From: Chiloscyllium plagiosum
Lineage: Eukaryota
Length of the DNA stretch: 42,684 bases
Reading direction: 5' to 3'
Assembly: GCF_004010195.1 (NCBI RefSeq)
Contig: NC_057750.1
Coordinates: 86,661-129,344, forward strand
Positions 1-11,900 of the stretch are shown here, piece by piece. Position 1 is the first letter of the stretch; each line of letters starts with the position of its first letter. The notes beneath the pieces were generated by a model that ran no database searches, was not told the DNA's origin, and saw only the letters and a list, made by a program, of their open reading frames with translations. Made by a program: the position numbers and the translations under genes.

Positions 1-312
1 GGGGAGTCCAGAACTAGAGGGCATAGGTTTAGGATGAGAGGGGAAAGATATAAAAGAGACATAAGGGGCAACTTTTTCACAAGGAGGGTGGTACGTGTAT
101 GGAATGAGCTGCCAGAGGAAGTTGTGGAGGCTGGTACAATTGTAACATTTAAGAGGCATTTGGATGGGTATATGAATAGGAAGGGTTTGGAGGGATATGG
201 GCCAGGTGCTGGCAGGTGGGACTGGATTGGGGTTGGGATATGTGGTCGGCATGGGCGGGTTGGACCGAAGGGTCTGTTTCCATGCTATACATCTCTATGA
301 CTCTATGACTCT
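1..312 (+). mobile_element. CR1-clade LINE 3' end (runs off the window start)
   Basis: ORF 34-300 has the CR1 ORF2 C-terminal signature (RGNFFTRRVVRVWNELPEEVVEAGTIVTFKRHLDGYM). The element ends in a (CTATGACT)n tail at about 294-312. Confidence 0.9.
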
Positions 313-1466
313 GTAATAAAAGGTTAATAAAGCTGTTGACCAGAGTGACTAGCTTTCTGTGAACCATTGACGTTTCAGTGATATTTGAGCTGGATTTAGA
401 GAAATTCTAAATTGTGTTATGACCCAGCAAAGTAATGGAAATATAATGACCCTTGTGATTTACTGGTGACATAAATCTGATGTGAACAAGTAATCCTTGT
501 TTGGAGTTCTGCATTATGCAGAGAGAGCTCACTTAGCCCTGATACTTACTAAAAGTTCATTCCACCACAGTGACAATATTCCCCTGTGAGTTGACTTGTT
601 CAGTGGCTATGTGGGCTTCAAACTCCCTGTGGCAATTTCAGAAAACTTCGAAAGAAGTTTTTGTAACGTGATTATGCAAATAACATCAGCCCAACTTTAC
701 CTCAAGTTTGAGTCTTCTTTCTGGAGAGCAGGTTCCAACAGGAGAGAAATACCTGCCAGCAGTTTATCACAGGTTTTTATTAAAATTTCAAACAAAACAT
801 AAAAATCAGAAGAGGCCTTTTTGGAAGAGATCAGATATGATTTATTGCCAACAGGCTTTTAGAGTGTGATTTGAGAAGGTGTAGGGTAGACTTTATCATC
901 AAACTTTCTTAAACTTCCCCATCTCTTTCTATTTTATCAATGCTACTGTGATCATTTCTCTCTCAGCCTGCCTCCCTGGTTTAATCACAACTTTCAGTCT
1001 GAAGGGACATACATGGGTGAAGCAGACCTGGCAATGATGCCAAAGTCTAGACAAGATCATACAATAAGATCCCAATATCTTCGTCCATCTCCTTTTCCCT
1101 GCACCCTTTCTCTGTTTAAGGTTTATCTTAATGCTCCTCACTGAAGGTTTCTTTCCAAGGGCTCAGCTCATTTCCCAGTCACTCCATCCTTTGTCTTAAA
1201 TTGAAACCTTTTAATTCCCAAACTCCATTGTCACTAATCATTGTCCAATCTGCTTGACATCCCCATCCCCCACAACATGATGGCTTCTCGTCCTTGTTTT
1301 AGAGTTTACAACTGCTAATTAAACCAGTGTTGGCTATTGTATGAAGGTTCCTAATATATTATTGTTTCCAAGCCAGTATTCTACTGTTAAAGATTAATCT
1401 ATTGCTTTACATTGAAATTGCATTTTTATTTTGTATTTGACAGGAGAATGACATGGGGCTGAATGT

Positions 1467-2532
1467 TAAGACCATAAGACATAGGAGCAAAAATTAGGCC
1501 ATTCAGTCCATCAAGTCTGCTCCGCCATTCAATCACGGCTGATAAGATTCTCAACCTGATTCTCCTGCTTTCTCTGCGTAATCTTGATCCCTTTGATATT
1601 CAAGAACCTATTCTATCTCAGTCTTAAATATACTCAATGACCTGGCCTCCACAGCCCTCTGTGGTAATGAATTCCACAGATTCACCACTCTCTGGCTAAA
1701 GAACTTTTTCCTCATATCCATTCTAAAAGATCTTCCCTTACTCTTAGGCTATGCCCTCAGTTCCTGGTCTCTCCTGCCCATGAGAACATCTTCCCAACAT
1801 CTACTCTGTCCAGGCCATTCAGTATTCTGTATGTTTCAATTCGATCCTCCCTCATCCTTTGAAACTCCATTGAGTATAAACTCAAAGTCCTCAAAGATTC
1901 CTCATATGTTGAGCTTTTCATTCCTGGTATCGTTCTCATGAACCTCTTCTGAACACATGCCAGGGCCAGTACATCCTTCCTGAGGTATGGGGCCCAACAC
2001 TGAGCACAGTACTCCAAATGTGGTCTGACCACAGCCTTATAGAGCCTCAGAAGTACATCCCTGCTTTTATTGCATTTGCCTTCCTAACTACTGACTCAAC
2101 CAGCAAGTTTACCTTAAGAGAATCCTGGACTCAAACTCCCAAGTCTCTTTGCACTTCAGACTTCTGAATTTAGAAAATAGTCCATGTATTTATTCTTCCT
2201 ACTAAAGTGCATGATCCCATATTTTCCCACATTGTACTCCATCTACCACTTCTTTGCCCACTCTCCTAACCTGTCCAAATCCTTCTGCAACCTCCCCACC
2301 TCCTCAATGCTACCTGTCCTTTTACCTTTGTATCATCTGCAAACGTAGCCAGAATGCCCTCAGTTCCTTCATCCAGATCTTTAATGTATAAAGTGAAAAG
2401 TTGTGATCCCAACACTGAGCCTTGTGGAATACCAGTTGTCACTGGCTTCCACCCTAAGATGGAAAGACCCTTTTATCCCCACTCTCTGCTTTCTGTCAGA
2501 CAACCAAGCTTCTATCCATGCTAGCACTTTGC
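1467..2532 (-). mobile_element. CR1-clade LINE, 5'-truncated, degenerate
   Basis: Minus ORF 1757-2032 VRPHLEYCAQCWAPYLRKDVLALACVQKRF is the CR1 RT C-terminal region. A (CTTATG)-type tail lies at about 1467-1485. Confidence 0.9.
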
Positions 2533-2568
2533 ATCTGTTGCTGTTTAAGCTCCAGGCCACAATGTAAT

Positions 2569-2851
2569 CCTGTCCTTAGCTACACCCCATCCTTCATCAC
2601 TCTAAATGACTGCTACTCCCTCCCACAATGCTGACAGTCCTGTCCTTAGCTACACCCCATCCTTCATCACTCTCAATGACTGCTACTCCCTCCCACAATG
2701 CTGACAGACCTGTCCTTAGCTACACCCCATCCTTCATCACTCTAAATGACTGCTACTCCCTCCCACAATGCTGACAGACCTGTCCTTAGCTACACCCCAT
2801 CCTTCATCACTCTAAATGACTGCTACTCCCTCCCACAATGCTGACAGACCT
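2569..2851. repeat. Tandem repeat, 70-bp unit x4
   Basis: TGTCCTTAGC recurs at 2571, 2641, 2711 and 2781; the units are near-identical. Confidence 0.97.
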
Positions 2852-2912
2852 AGCGAATTTCTCCAGGGTTTCTGTTTTTCTTTCAGATTTCTAGCACCTG
2901 TAGTACTTTGCT
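2838..2912 (+). mobile_element. Remnant single arm (3' terminus) of a Penelope-like element
   Basis: ATGCTGACAGACCT..TTTCTCCAG..TTTCAGATTTCTAGCACCTGTAGTACTTTG resembles the arms of the palindromic elements at 7179-7371 and 11943-12201. Confidence 0.65.
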
Positions 2913-3201
2913 GTTATAAAACATTGAACCCATGTTGCTGAAGCAAGGCTGATGGAGCTAACCAGTCCTTTACTCCTACCCAGAGTCCTATTATTCAATC
3001 ATTGGATGATCTACTTGGAGGGGACACCAGATAAGTTTTTTTACTAATGCTATGTGCCCAGTGTTTGTGTAATAGGTTAAATCAAGAACTGTTCACAGCT
3101 AAATGTCACTTGAGAATTACTCCTCTTGAATTATGTTTAGAAGTCACAAGGTATAAGGGGGCATATATGATTTTTGAGTCTGTCTGCCTTTTTCAGGTAG
3201 G

Positions 3202-3379
3202 AAAAAGTGTTGCTGAAAAAGCGCAGCAGGTCAGGCAGCATCCAAGGAGCAGGAGAATCGAAGGGCTCATGCCCGAAACATCGATTCTCCTGCTCCTTGG
3301 ATGCTGCCTGACCTGCTGCGCTTTTCCAGCAACACATTTTCAGCTCTGATCTCCAGCATCTGTAGTCCTCACTTTCTCC
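3202..3379. mobile_element. Palindromic, non-coding Penelope-like element with TSD
   Basis: 55-bp inverted arms 3207-3261 and 3281-3335 (1 mismatch). The loop AGGGCTCATGCCCGAAACA is hammerhead stem II plus GAAA. Direct repeat CCTTTTTCAGGTAGG at 3187-3201 and 3378-3392. Same terminus (CTCACTTTCTCC) as the GIY-YIG-bearing copy at 24624-25124. Confidence 0.88.
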
Positions 3380-3559
3380 TTTTTCAGGTAGGGACAGACT
3401 TAATAGCAAATCCTTGATATGACTTGATTTTAGTGAGACAAAGTCAGGACATCTTTATTGAATTCTCAAATAAACTATTGCAACGAACATGAGTGATGAT
3501 TGACAGTTCAACACAGAGTATACTCCTGTGTCAAGATCTGGAAGACAGCGCCAAATAAA

Positions 3560-3791
3560 CAAAATAATTCCACAACGACTCCATTACCATGTCACCCTTT
3601 ATTTACACCTCGTGCACAGTGCATGACACTGACCCAGTGAGATCAGAGCCAGCTCTCAGCGTGAACAGAACCTCCCACACTGCTGTTTATATCTGTCAGC
3701 CAGGGCTCCCTGACTGGACTACGTTAACAGCTCTAATCAGGGAACTCATATTCTATGAATCCACCTGGCTGATCTCGTTATAATCAACACA
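3560..3791 (-). mobile_element. Probable solo LTR (Gypsy-like)
   Basis: The minus strand starts TGTG and carries a TATA-like GATATAAA with a downstream AATAAA over about 230 bp. It resembles a shark LTR I recall. No clean CA end or TSD seen. Confidence 0.55.
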
Positions 3792-4502
3792 GTTTCTCTC
3801 GCAGTTTTGGACATCTGGCTTTTGAACAAATCACCCTCTCTACATATCCATTTTATCTTGTTTTGTTCTTATCTTTTGATTTTTCTCTCCACTGCACAGA
3901 AAGACAAAGTGTGCATCATTTTCATTCTGACTGTCATTCAATTAACACCTTTGTCACCCACATCATATTCAGCCCTGTGTATGAGGTAACACTTGCTTTA
4001 CCAACCAGGAATATTTGATGTGTCTGTTGTGAATATTGTATATTTAACGTAATTTAGTGTTCTATGTGTCTCAAAGCTTTTACAACCCATGGTTCCTTAT
4101 CTGGTAGTGACAGAGAAGTAGTTTTTAACAGTTTTCAAGGTGTCGTCCACTTGCACTGAGCAAGCCCTTTACAGCTTGTCAAAAATGCCCAGAATTCCTC
4201 TAACCTGACATTTTTCTTAATGCCGAGCTTGACTTTGACGTTTCTCATTTAACTGTTCCATAAAGAAAGAACATCTACAAAATCAAGAATTAATAAATCA
4301 CAAGGTTAGATGTTAGCCTCTAATATTAAGGTTTATTTTTAACAATTTGCATGTTGTTAATTTTCTAATCATCTTTCAGGCACATATTCCTTTGCTAAGC
4401 ATAAGCTACAGGAACTAAGCAACAGAGTTAGTGGGTTCAGTTAGTGAGTCCCTGCCTCTCTCAGTAATTAACCTCAGTCAAGTGTAAAGATATTATTAAA
4501 TT

Positions 4503-4983
4503 AGAGAGGCTTCAGAAGACATTTACCAGGCTGTTGTCAGGTATTGATGGTTAGAGTTACAAAGAAAGGCTGAATAGACTGGGACTTTTTACACTGGAGT
4601 GTAGGAGGTTGAGAGGTGACCTATAGAAGTTTATAAAATCATGAGGGTTATAGATTGGGTTAATGGTTGGTATATTTTCCCTAGGATGGGAGATTTCAAC
4701 ACTAGGGGGTATATTTTTAAGAAAAGAGGAGAGACATTTGAAAAAAACACGAGGGACAAATTTTTTACACAGCAAGTGGTTAGCATGTGGAATGAACTTT
4801 CAGAGGAAGTGGTGGATGTTACAATGTTTAAAAGACATTTGGATAAGTACATGAATAAGAAAGGTGTGGAGGGATGTGGGCCAGGAGCAGGCAGCTGGGA
4901 CTAGTTTAGTTGGGGATTATGGTCTGCATGGACTGGTTGGACCGAAGGGTCTGTTTCCATGTTGTATGACTCTATGATTCTAT
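4503..4983 (+). mobile_element. CR1-clade LINE 3' end
   Basis: ORF 4641-4904 FFTQQVVSMWNELSEEVV..FKRHLDKYM; tail GACTCTATGATTCTAT. Confidence 0.88.
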
Positions 4984-5139
4984 AAGTGGTTGGACTGGTC
5001 TGACCTGCACATTATTCTGGTGTTATTCATCAACCAATATATTCGTGACTTTTCTGTTTTTCAAGGTGAAAAATAATAATGCTAGGAGGTAACATCAATT
5101 TTTTGGAGGGCACTTGTAACGAAGTGGTAGTGTCCCTAT

Positions 5140-5283
5140 GAGAAAGTAAGGAGTGCAGATGCTGGAAGTCAGTTGCTAAAATACGGAGTTGAAAAAGCAC
5201 AGGAGCTCCTCTGATGCTGTCTGACCTGCTGTGCTTTTCCAATTCCACATTTTATCAACTCTGATTTCCAACATCTGCAGTCC
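5140..5283. mobile_element. Degenerate palindromic Penelope-like element, centre deleted
   Basis: Left arm GAGAAAGTAAGGAGTGCAGATGCTGGA..AAAAGCACAG; right arm CTGTGCTTTTCC..CCAACATCTGCAGTCC. The hammerhead region is absent. Confidence 0.75.
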
Positions 5284-5302
5284 AGACAATCTCTAATATT
5301 TC

Positions 5303-5386
5303 AGAGGGCTGTTGCGGTGAAGTGATAGTGTTCTTGTTTCTGGGACAGGAAGCCTGATTTCAAGTCTCAACTGAGGTTTGTGATAA
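5303..5386 (+). mobile_element. Short degenerate tRNA-headed SINE fragment (similar copies at about 10001-10095 minus and 38335-38445 plus)
   Basis: A-box-like GGTGAAGTGATAG and B-box-like TTCAAGTCTC. Shared motifs with the other two copies were seen by eye only. Confidence 0.4.
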
Positions 5387-5577
5387 CATAGAGTCATAGA
5401 GATGTACAGCATGGAAACAGACCCTTTGGTCCAACCCATCCATGCTGACCAGATATCCCAACCCAATCTAGTCCCACCTGCCAGCACCCGACCCATATCT
5501 CTCCAAACCCTTCCTATTCATATACCCATCCAAATGCCTTTTAAATGTTGCAATTGTACCAGCCTCTACCACTTCCT
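5387..5577 (-). mobile_element. CR1-clade LINE 3' tail
   Basis: Reverse complement of the same 3' end as positions about 115-312 (CATAGAGTCATAGAGATGTACAGCATGGAAACAGACC). Confidence 0.9.
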
Positions 5578-6008
5578 ATGGATTAGTAAATATTAACATC
5601 AATATTTTCTTTCATTTTTTTTGATATAACGATCACAAGCTGTTGTGTTGATGGCGGAGCTGGTAGAAGGTGGGATCTGGATCAACAGACCCTGAACTCT
5701 TCCTTCTCAGTGCCCAACACCACATCCTCCACTCAGATTCAGTCCAAATGAAATGTGATTCCCCTCCAGTGCCAGGGACAAAGCGGGATATACACCAGTT
5801 GAATTTTATAGTCCCACGACATTACAGCCACATGAGAAGAGTCACTGAACTTCAAAGTAACATAGTGGTTGTGAATGGTCTTTGGATAACAGGAGAGGGG
5901 TGAAATATCTCAAAATAAATACAAATTCTTTGCTGCCTATAGGAAAATATAAGCCCAACAGGGCATTGGAGAATAGTTGTATTTACAAAGCTTTTGTTTT
6001 GGATTTTA

Positions 6009-6442
6009 CATCGAACATTACAGCGCAGCCCTTCGGCCCCTCAATGTTGCGCAGACCTGTGGAACCACGCTAAAGCCCATCTAACCTACACTATTCCATT
6101 TTCAACCATATGTTTATCCAATGACCATTTAAATGCCTTAAATTTGGTGAGTCTATTACTGTTGTAGGCAGGGTGTTCCATGCCCCAACTACTCTCTGAG
6201 TAAAGAAACTACCTCTGACATCTGTCCTATATCTATCACCTCTCAATTTAAATTATGTCCCCTTGTGCTAGCCATCACCATCTGAGGAAAAAGGCTCTCA
6301 CTGTCCACCCTATCGAACCCTCTGATCATCTTGTATTTCTGTATTAAGTAACCTCTCAACCTTCTTCTCCCTAACGAAACCAGCCTCAAGGCCCTCAGCC
6401 TTTCCTCATAAGACCTTCCCTCCATACCAGGCAACATTCTGG
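6009..6442 (-). mobile_element. CR1-clade (HER1-like) LINE 3' fragment
   Basis: Minus ORF TRMLPGMEGRSYEERLRALRLVSLGRRRLRGYLI..; 3' UTR similar to that of the nested copy at 32955-33587. Confidence 0.88.
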
Positions 6443-7178
6443 TTTTGGTGAAACTCAGGAAGTAAAGGAACAGAGAGGGAAAAACGATCAACTCTCTGGT
6501 TACATATTCAGAGGTATAGGAGACTGGTCAATTAAAACCTTGAAGACCACTCACTTCCCCTTCCCTTACAAATTGTTATTAATTCTCAAGATATTGTCGT
6601 TGATACCTGTCCCTGGAGACCCTGGCAAGGTGATGCTTAGACACCTTCCTGAACTATGGTATTTGTAACTCTATGACAGCAGGATTTTCTAAAGGACACT
6701 GTGAATATCTGGGTTTTGATGACAATCTGATTGGTTCATGGTGTTTTAGTACCAGCTGATGTTATTACTGGGCAAGTCAGATCCCAGGGTGAAACCTGGC
6801 TTGATAGTTCATATTTTATTTTCTCCTGGTAGGATTCTACAAGGTAGAGATTTATGGATCTCAAATGGTCAAGAACAGATTTAAGGTCACTTAAATGACC
6901 AATAAATCTCTTGAAGAGAATTAATTCTGGGAGAATTGTGATACCTCCAGGTGCTTGACTCTGTAAAACCAGAAACTCAGTGAAAAAATGGGATAGTGGG
7001 AAATGTATTTGTACACCTGAATGCATAAAAGTTAATAACGGAAAAATGCTTAGTGAGGGGTTTGGGGGAGATATTATCTAAGTTAGTGGTTCTGAAAGGA
7101 TTAATGCTGAAGATTGCATAAAATTCCATCCAACCTGATAATGCCTCATGGGTGGGGGAAGACAGAATAACATTTAGA

Positions 7179-7371
7179 CCAAAACAGAAATTTCTGGAAA
7201 AGCTCAGCAGGTCTGGCAGCATCGGAGGAGAGAAATCAGAGTTAGAGGAAGGGTCACTCAACCTGAACCATTAACTCTGATTTCTCTCCATTGATGCTGC
7301 CAGACCTGCTGAGCTTTTCCAGCAATTTTGATTTTTTTTGTCTCTGATTTACAGCAGCTCTTTTGGATTTC
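7179..7371. mobile_element. Palindromic Penelope-like element (second subfamily)
   Basis: Arms CTGGAAAAGCTCAGCAGGTCTGGCAGCATC..GAGAGAAATCAGAGTTA and TAACTCTGATTTCTCTCC..GATGCTGCCAGACCTGCTGAGCTTTTCCAG. The loop GAGGAAGGGTCACTCAACCTGAACCAT looks like a decayed hammerhead. Confidence 0.8.
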
Positions 7372-7677
7372 AAAGGAGACAGACCATCACTGGAGTCTCC
7401 TCATAGTCTGTCTCTTGGACAATTATGAACCTGTAGCTGAGTCAATCAGGCAATGAATCTCATTATGTTTCTGACAAAAGATTTTTCTTGTTAGGTGACC
7501 TAGTGGTTTTCCTCTTCAAAGAATTCCAAAGGTTTACAATTCTCCGAGTAAAGAAAATCCCCTCAGCTCAGTCCTAACTATTCAAAATGGTGCTGATTGT
7601 GGCAAAAATTGATACTTTTTACTGTATTATTCCCTGTAAAATACAAGTGACAATAAATCATTCATTTATTCATTCAT

Positions 7678-7901
7678 TACCTGTATTTTGTCTCCCTCCC
7701 TCTTTGAATAGTAATAAAACATTAACAGTTTTCCAATCCGCTGGCATTTCTCCAGAATCCAATGATTTTTGGAAAGTTACAACCAACCCGTCCACTATCT
7801 CTGGAGCTACCTCTTTTAGGATCACATGGTGCAAACCATCAGGGCCAGGGGACCTGTGTGTTCATTCCATTTACTCTTAAGACAGTTTAAAGTCCGACAC
7901 T
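7678..7901 (-). mobile_element. CR1 RT-domain fragment
   Basis: The minus strand reads PGPDGLHHVILKEVAPEIVDGLVVTFQKSLDSGEMPADWKT, a CR1 RT N-terminal motif. Confidence 0.8.
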
Positions 7902-8401
7902 NNNNNNNNNNNNNNNNNNNNNNNNNNNNNNNNNNNNNNNNNNNNNNNNNNNNNNNNNNNNNNNNNNNNNNNNNNNNNNNNNNNNNNNNNNNNNNNNNNN
8001 NNNNNNNNNNNNNNNNNNNNNNNNNNNNNNNNNNNNNNNNNNNNNNNNNNNNNNNNNNNNNNNNNNNNNNNNNNNNNNNNNNNNNNNNNNNNNNNNNNNN
8101 NNNNNNNNNNNNNNNNNNNNNNNNNNNNNNNNNNNNNNNNNNNNNNNNNNNNNNNNNNNNNNNNNNNNNNNNNNNNNNNNNNNNNNNNNNNNNNNNNNNN
8201 NNNNNNNNNNNNNNNNNNNNNNNNNNNNNNNNNNNNNNNNNNNNNNNNNNNNNNNNNNNNNNNNNNNNNNNNNNNNNNNNNNNNNNNNNNNNNNNNNNNN
8301 NNNNNNNNNNNNNNNNNNNNNNNNNNNNNNNNNNNNNNNNNNNNNNNNNNNNNNNNNNNNNNNNNNNNNNNNNNNNNNNNNNNNNNNNNNNNNNNNNNNN
8401 N
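7902..8401. other. Assembly gap (500 N)
   Basis: Run of exactly 500 N. Confidence 1.
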
Positions 8402-9140
8402 TTCAAAATAAAATCTACCTTAGCTTTAAAAACGCTTACTGAAGTAGTGTCAACTACTTCACTGGGCAGGGAATTCCATGGATTTACAACCCACTGGATG
8501 AAGATGTTACTTCTCAATTCATTCCTAAATCTGCTCCCTCTAATTTTGAGGCTATGTCCTCTTGTCCTAGCTTCACCTGCCAGTGGAAACAATCTCTCTA
8601 CTTCTATCTTATTTAATCCTTTCATAATTTTATATATTTTTATAAGATCTCCCCCATTCCTCTGAATTCCAATGAATATAATCCCAGTCTATGCAGTCTC
8701 TCCTCATGAGCCAACCCCCTCAACTCTGGAATCAACCTAGTGAACCTCCTCTGCACCCTCTCCAGCGCCAGTCCATCCTTTCTCATGTAAGGAGACCAAA
8801 ACTGCACACAGTACTCCAGGTGTGGCCTCACCAGCACCCTGTACAGCTGCAACATAACCTCTCTGCTTTTAAACTCCATTCCTTTTGCAATGAAGGACAA
8901 AATTCCAATTCCTTCCCAATTACTTGTTATACTTGCAGACCAACCTTCTGTGATTCATGCACAAGGACACCCAGGTCCCTTTTACAATTCAAGTAATAAT
9001 CCTTTTTACTGTTACTTGTATGACTTCACATTTATTAACATCGTACTCCATCTGCCAGACCTTTGCCCACTCACTTAAAGTATCTATGTCCCTCTGCAAT
9101 GTTGCACAGTCCTCTGGACACTTTGCTCTGCCACTCATCT
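8402..9140 (-). mobile_element. CR1-clade LINE fragment
   Basis: Minus ORFs LYRVLVRPHLEYCVQFWSPYMRKD, LQRDIDTLSEWAKVWQMEYDVNKCEV and RTRGHSLKIRGSRFRNELRSN. Confidence 0.92.
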
Positions 9141-10586
9141 GACAAGGCCAGCTCTCACCGTGTCTGCACCTGTTGGAGATTCCACCACTTACTCCATCCA
9201 ATCCGGTGGTCAGGCATCCCAGCAAGAGAGATGATAAAATGGTTTGAAACCACAGTGACCGGCGGTGGCTATTCAACCCTATAATCCACATCCTAACAAC
9301 ACCATCTCCTTCTCCTAACACTTAACACCACTTCCTTAAACCTGATAAAAAAGATCTGTCAATCCCAGGCCTGACATTTTTAACTGACCTTCTTCAAACT
9401 CAACATTATTTTCTGGAGAGACAGTCACATTTACCCTGGGCTTTGTGTGAGGAGGAAATGAAAATTATGGTTTTAAAGTTATTCCTCCTTATTCCAGACT
9501 CCTTGCACTAAAGTTGTTAATCTCTCTCTGAACTGGTTGGACCAGTCTGAAGGGAGTGCTGGGTTCTGAGATCTCGGTTTCTCAGGATTTCACAGGCTTG
9601 GCCTAACAGTACCTTGCTAATCCTTGAGGCCAGCTGCTCATACAGACTGTCCATTAACCTTCACATTCTAAATCTGCAGTGCATTCCCTCAAATCTCACG
9701 GGAGTTGTAGAATTTTGTTGGGCCCAACATATTTTGGAAGTGGGTAAATGGAGATGGTACACAGGTCAGCCTTTACTGAGGAATGCAGGACAGATTTGAT
9801 AGGCTGAATGGCCGTTGCTTGTTTCTGTTCTGTGTGGTACGTTTCCACAGTAATGATTCTGACAGTAGAACCTGTGTATTTCAGTGTAGCTTTAATTTCC
9901 CACATGCAATAAAAAATGTCTTGGTAGGAAGAACCCCTCTCTTTAAACATTGTTGGCATGATAATATTTGTGTTGTGTGTATTTTAGACATTTTTCTAAC
10001 CAATCCGTTCAGACATGTTATGACACCCCTCTGGATTTGAGCACAGGCCTCCTGTTCCAGAGATAGGTATATTACCATTTCACCACAAGAACTCTTTCAC
10101 CCATCAGTATTTGGAAATAGCTAAAAGGTCAGTACATTTATTGTCCCACATGCAAGCTATGGTCCAGACAAGGAAAGGATTGATCAAGCTGATTGACTGT
10201 CAAACAGCACCTTCTCACTGAGCTCTGAGATCTGGTCATCAGTGACCCCTGATGGTGCCCCTAACTTGCTGATTAATACTTTACAATAATTACTTAGCTA
10301 GAACACGTTGCAATTTGCACCCTATATGATATCTGTCAAACAATGATTAAGGTGAAAGAGGCTACGGTTATATCTGAAGGATTTCCTGCTGATAGCACAG
10401 CGAAGACATCAGCGGAGAAACAGGTCCTATTTCAATTACAAAGGTTAGACTGGTATTGAACTCAGAAAGTGTGGGTAAATTGAAGCAATGACACCAGACG
10501 AATTGACTATCCAGCTGGGGTCTGGGATTGAACTTGACAGCCGTCAGAGTGAACTATCAGTATGGATCCAGTCATTTCACAGCTCC

Positions 10587-10882
10587 GGATTGGAGTATTG
10601 TGCTAGGTTAGAGTGTTGTGCTGGGTTGGAGTATTGTACTGGGTTGGAGTATTGTACTGGGTTGGAGTGTTGAGCTGGGTTGGAGTATTGTGCTGGGTTG
10701 GAGTATTGAGCTGGGTTGAAGTATTGTGCTGGGTTGGAGTATTGAGCTGGGTTGAAGTAGTTTGGAGTGTTGTACTGGTTTGGAGTGTTGTGCTGGGTTG
10801 GAGTATTGTGCTGGGTTGGATAGTTGTGCTGGGTTGGATAGTTGTGCTGGGTTGGAGTGTTGTGCTGGTTTGGAGTACTGTT
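10587..10882. repeat. Minisatellite, 18-bp unit GGGTTGGAGTATTGTGCT, about 16 copies
   Basis: Directly visible periodicity; produces 6-aa repeat ORFs (NPAQYS, VGVLCW). Confidence 0.95.
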
Positions 10883-10941
10883 ACTGCATCCATCTCCTGC
10901 CATGAGAAAGAGGGTCACTGTGCCCAGTCAACACTGACTGG

Positions 10942-11608
10942 TTTCTAAATGGGGTCAAAATTCAGAAATCTGAAGTGCAAAGAGTCTTGTGCGTCCTCGT
11001 CCAGGGTTCTCTTCAAGTTAACTTGCAGATTATGTCTGTAGTTAGGAAGGCAAATGCAATGTTGTCATTTTTTTCGGGATGACAAGAATATAAAAAGTAG
11101 CAATGTACGTCTTGAGGCTCCATAAGGCTCTGGTCAGATCACTTTTGGAGTACTGTGAGCAGTTTTGGGCCCCATATCTCAGAGAGGATGTGCTGTCCGT
11201 GGAGCAGGTCCAGAGCAGGTTTACGAAAATGATCTCAGGAATGAAAGGCTTAACATATGAGGAATATGTGAGGACTCTGGGCCTATACTTGATGGAGTTT
11301 AGGATGAGGGTGGATCAAATTAAAACTTATGGAATACTGAAAGGTCTGGATAGAGTCGATGTTGGGAAAATGTTTTGATTAGCAGGAGAGATTGGGACCT
11401 GAAGGCACAGGCTTAGAATTAAGGGAAGACTCTTTAAAATGGAGATGAAGAGACACGTTTTCAGCCAGAGAGTGGTGAATCTATGGAGATCAAAGGTTAC
11501 AAGAGAAGGTGAGAGAATGGGGTTGAGAAACCTATCAACCATGATTGAATGACGGAGTAGAATCAATGGACAGAATGGCCTAATTTCTGTTCCTATGTTT
11601 TAGGGTCA
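10942..11608 (+). mobile_element. CR1-clade LINE 3' fragment
   Basis: ORF 11103-11378 KALVRSLLEYCEQFWAPYLREDV, followed by a 3' UTR ending CCTATGTTTTAGGGTC. Confidence 0.88.
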
Positions 11609-11900
11609 CTCTTAGTGAATTAGATCATTGACACCTGCTAGAAATGACGAGGGTCTTCAACACTTATTTGCTGGTACAGCCTCCCCAGCCAGAAGACAAG
11701 AAGGTCCCTGCATCGACTCCTGACCTCATTTGAGCAACTGGGTTCCTAGGTTTTCACTGTCACGTCTGTGATTTCCATCAGGCGAAGGATCGACATTGAA
11801 CTGCCCAGTTGGAGGAAGCGCTGACAAACAGTTTTACACCCCACCTCACTCCGTGGTGTCTGAATTCAATGTACTCATCAAGGATAATCATCAAGTGTTG

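Noticed and set aside
3202..3379. Interpreting the palindromes as pre-miRNAs, terminators or DNA-transposon MITEs
   Set aside because: The arms match the terminus of the GIY-YIG-bearing copy, TSDs are long and variable, and the arms are asymmetric. A Penelope origin explains them better.
7822..8665. The two longest ORFs (267 and 279 aa)
   Set aside because: Artefacts of translating through the 500-N gap; the flanks are CR1 fragments.
10577..10948. Repetitive ORFs (NPAQYS)n / (VGVLCW)n resembling a repeat protein, or a CRISPR-like array
   Set aside because: Products of an 18-bp minisatellite. Units are contiguous with no unique spacers, there are no cas genes, and the context is eukaryotic.
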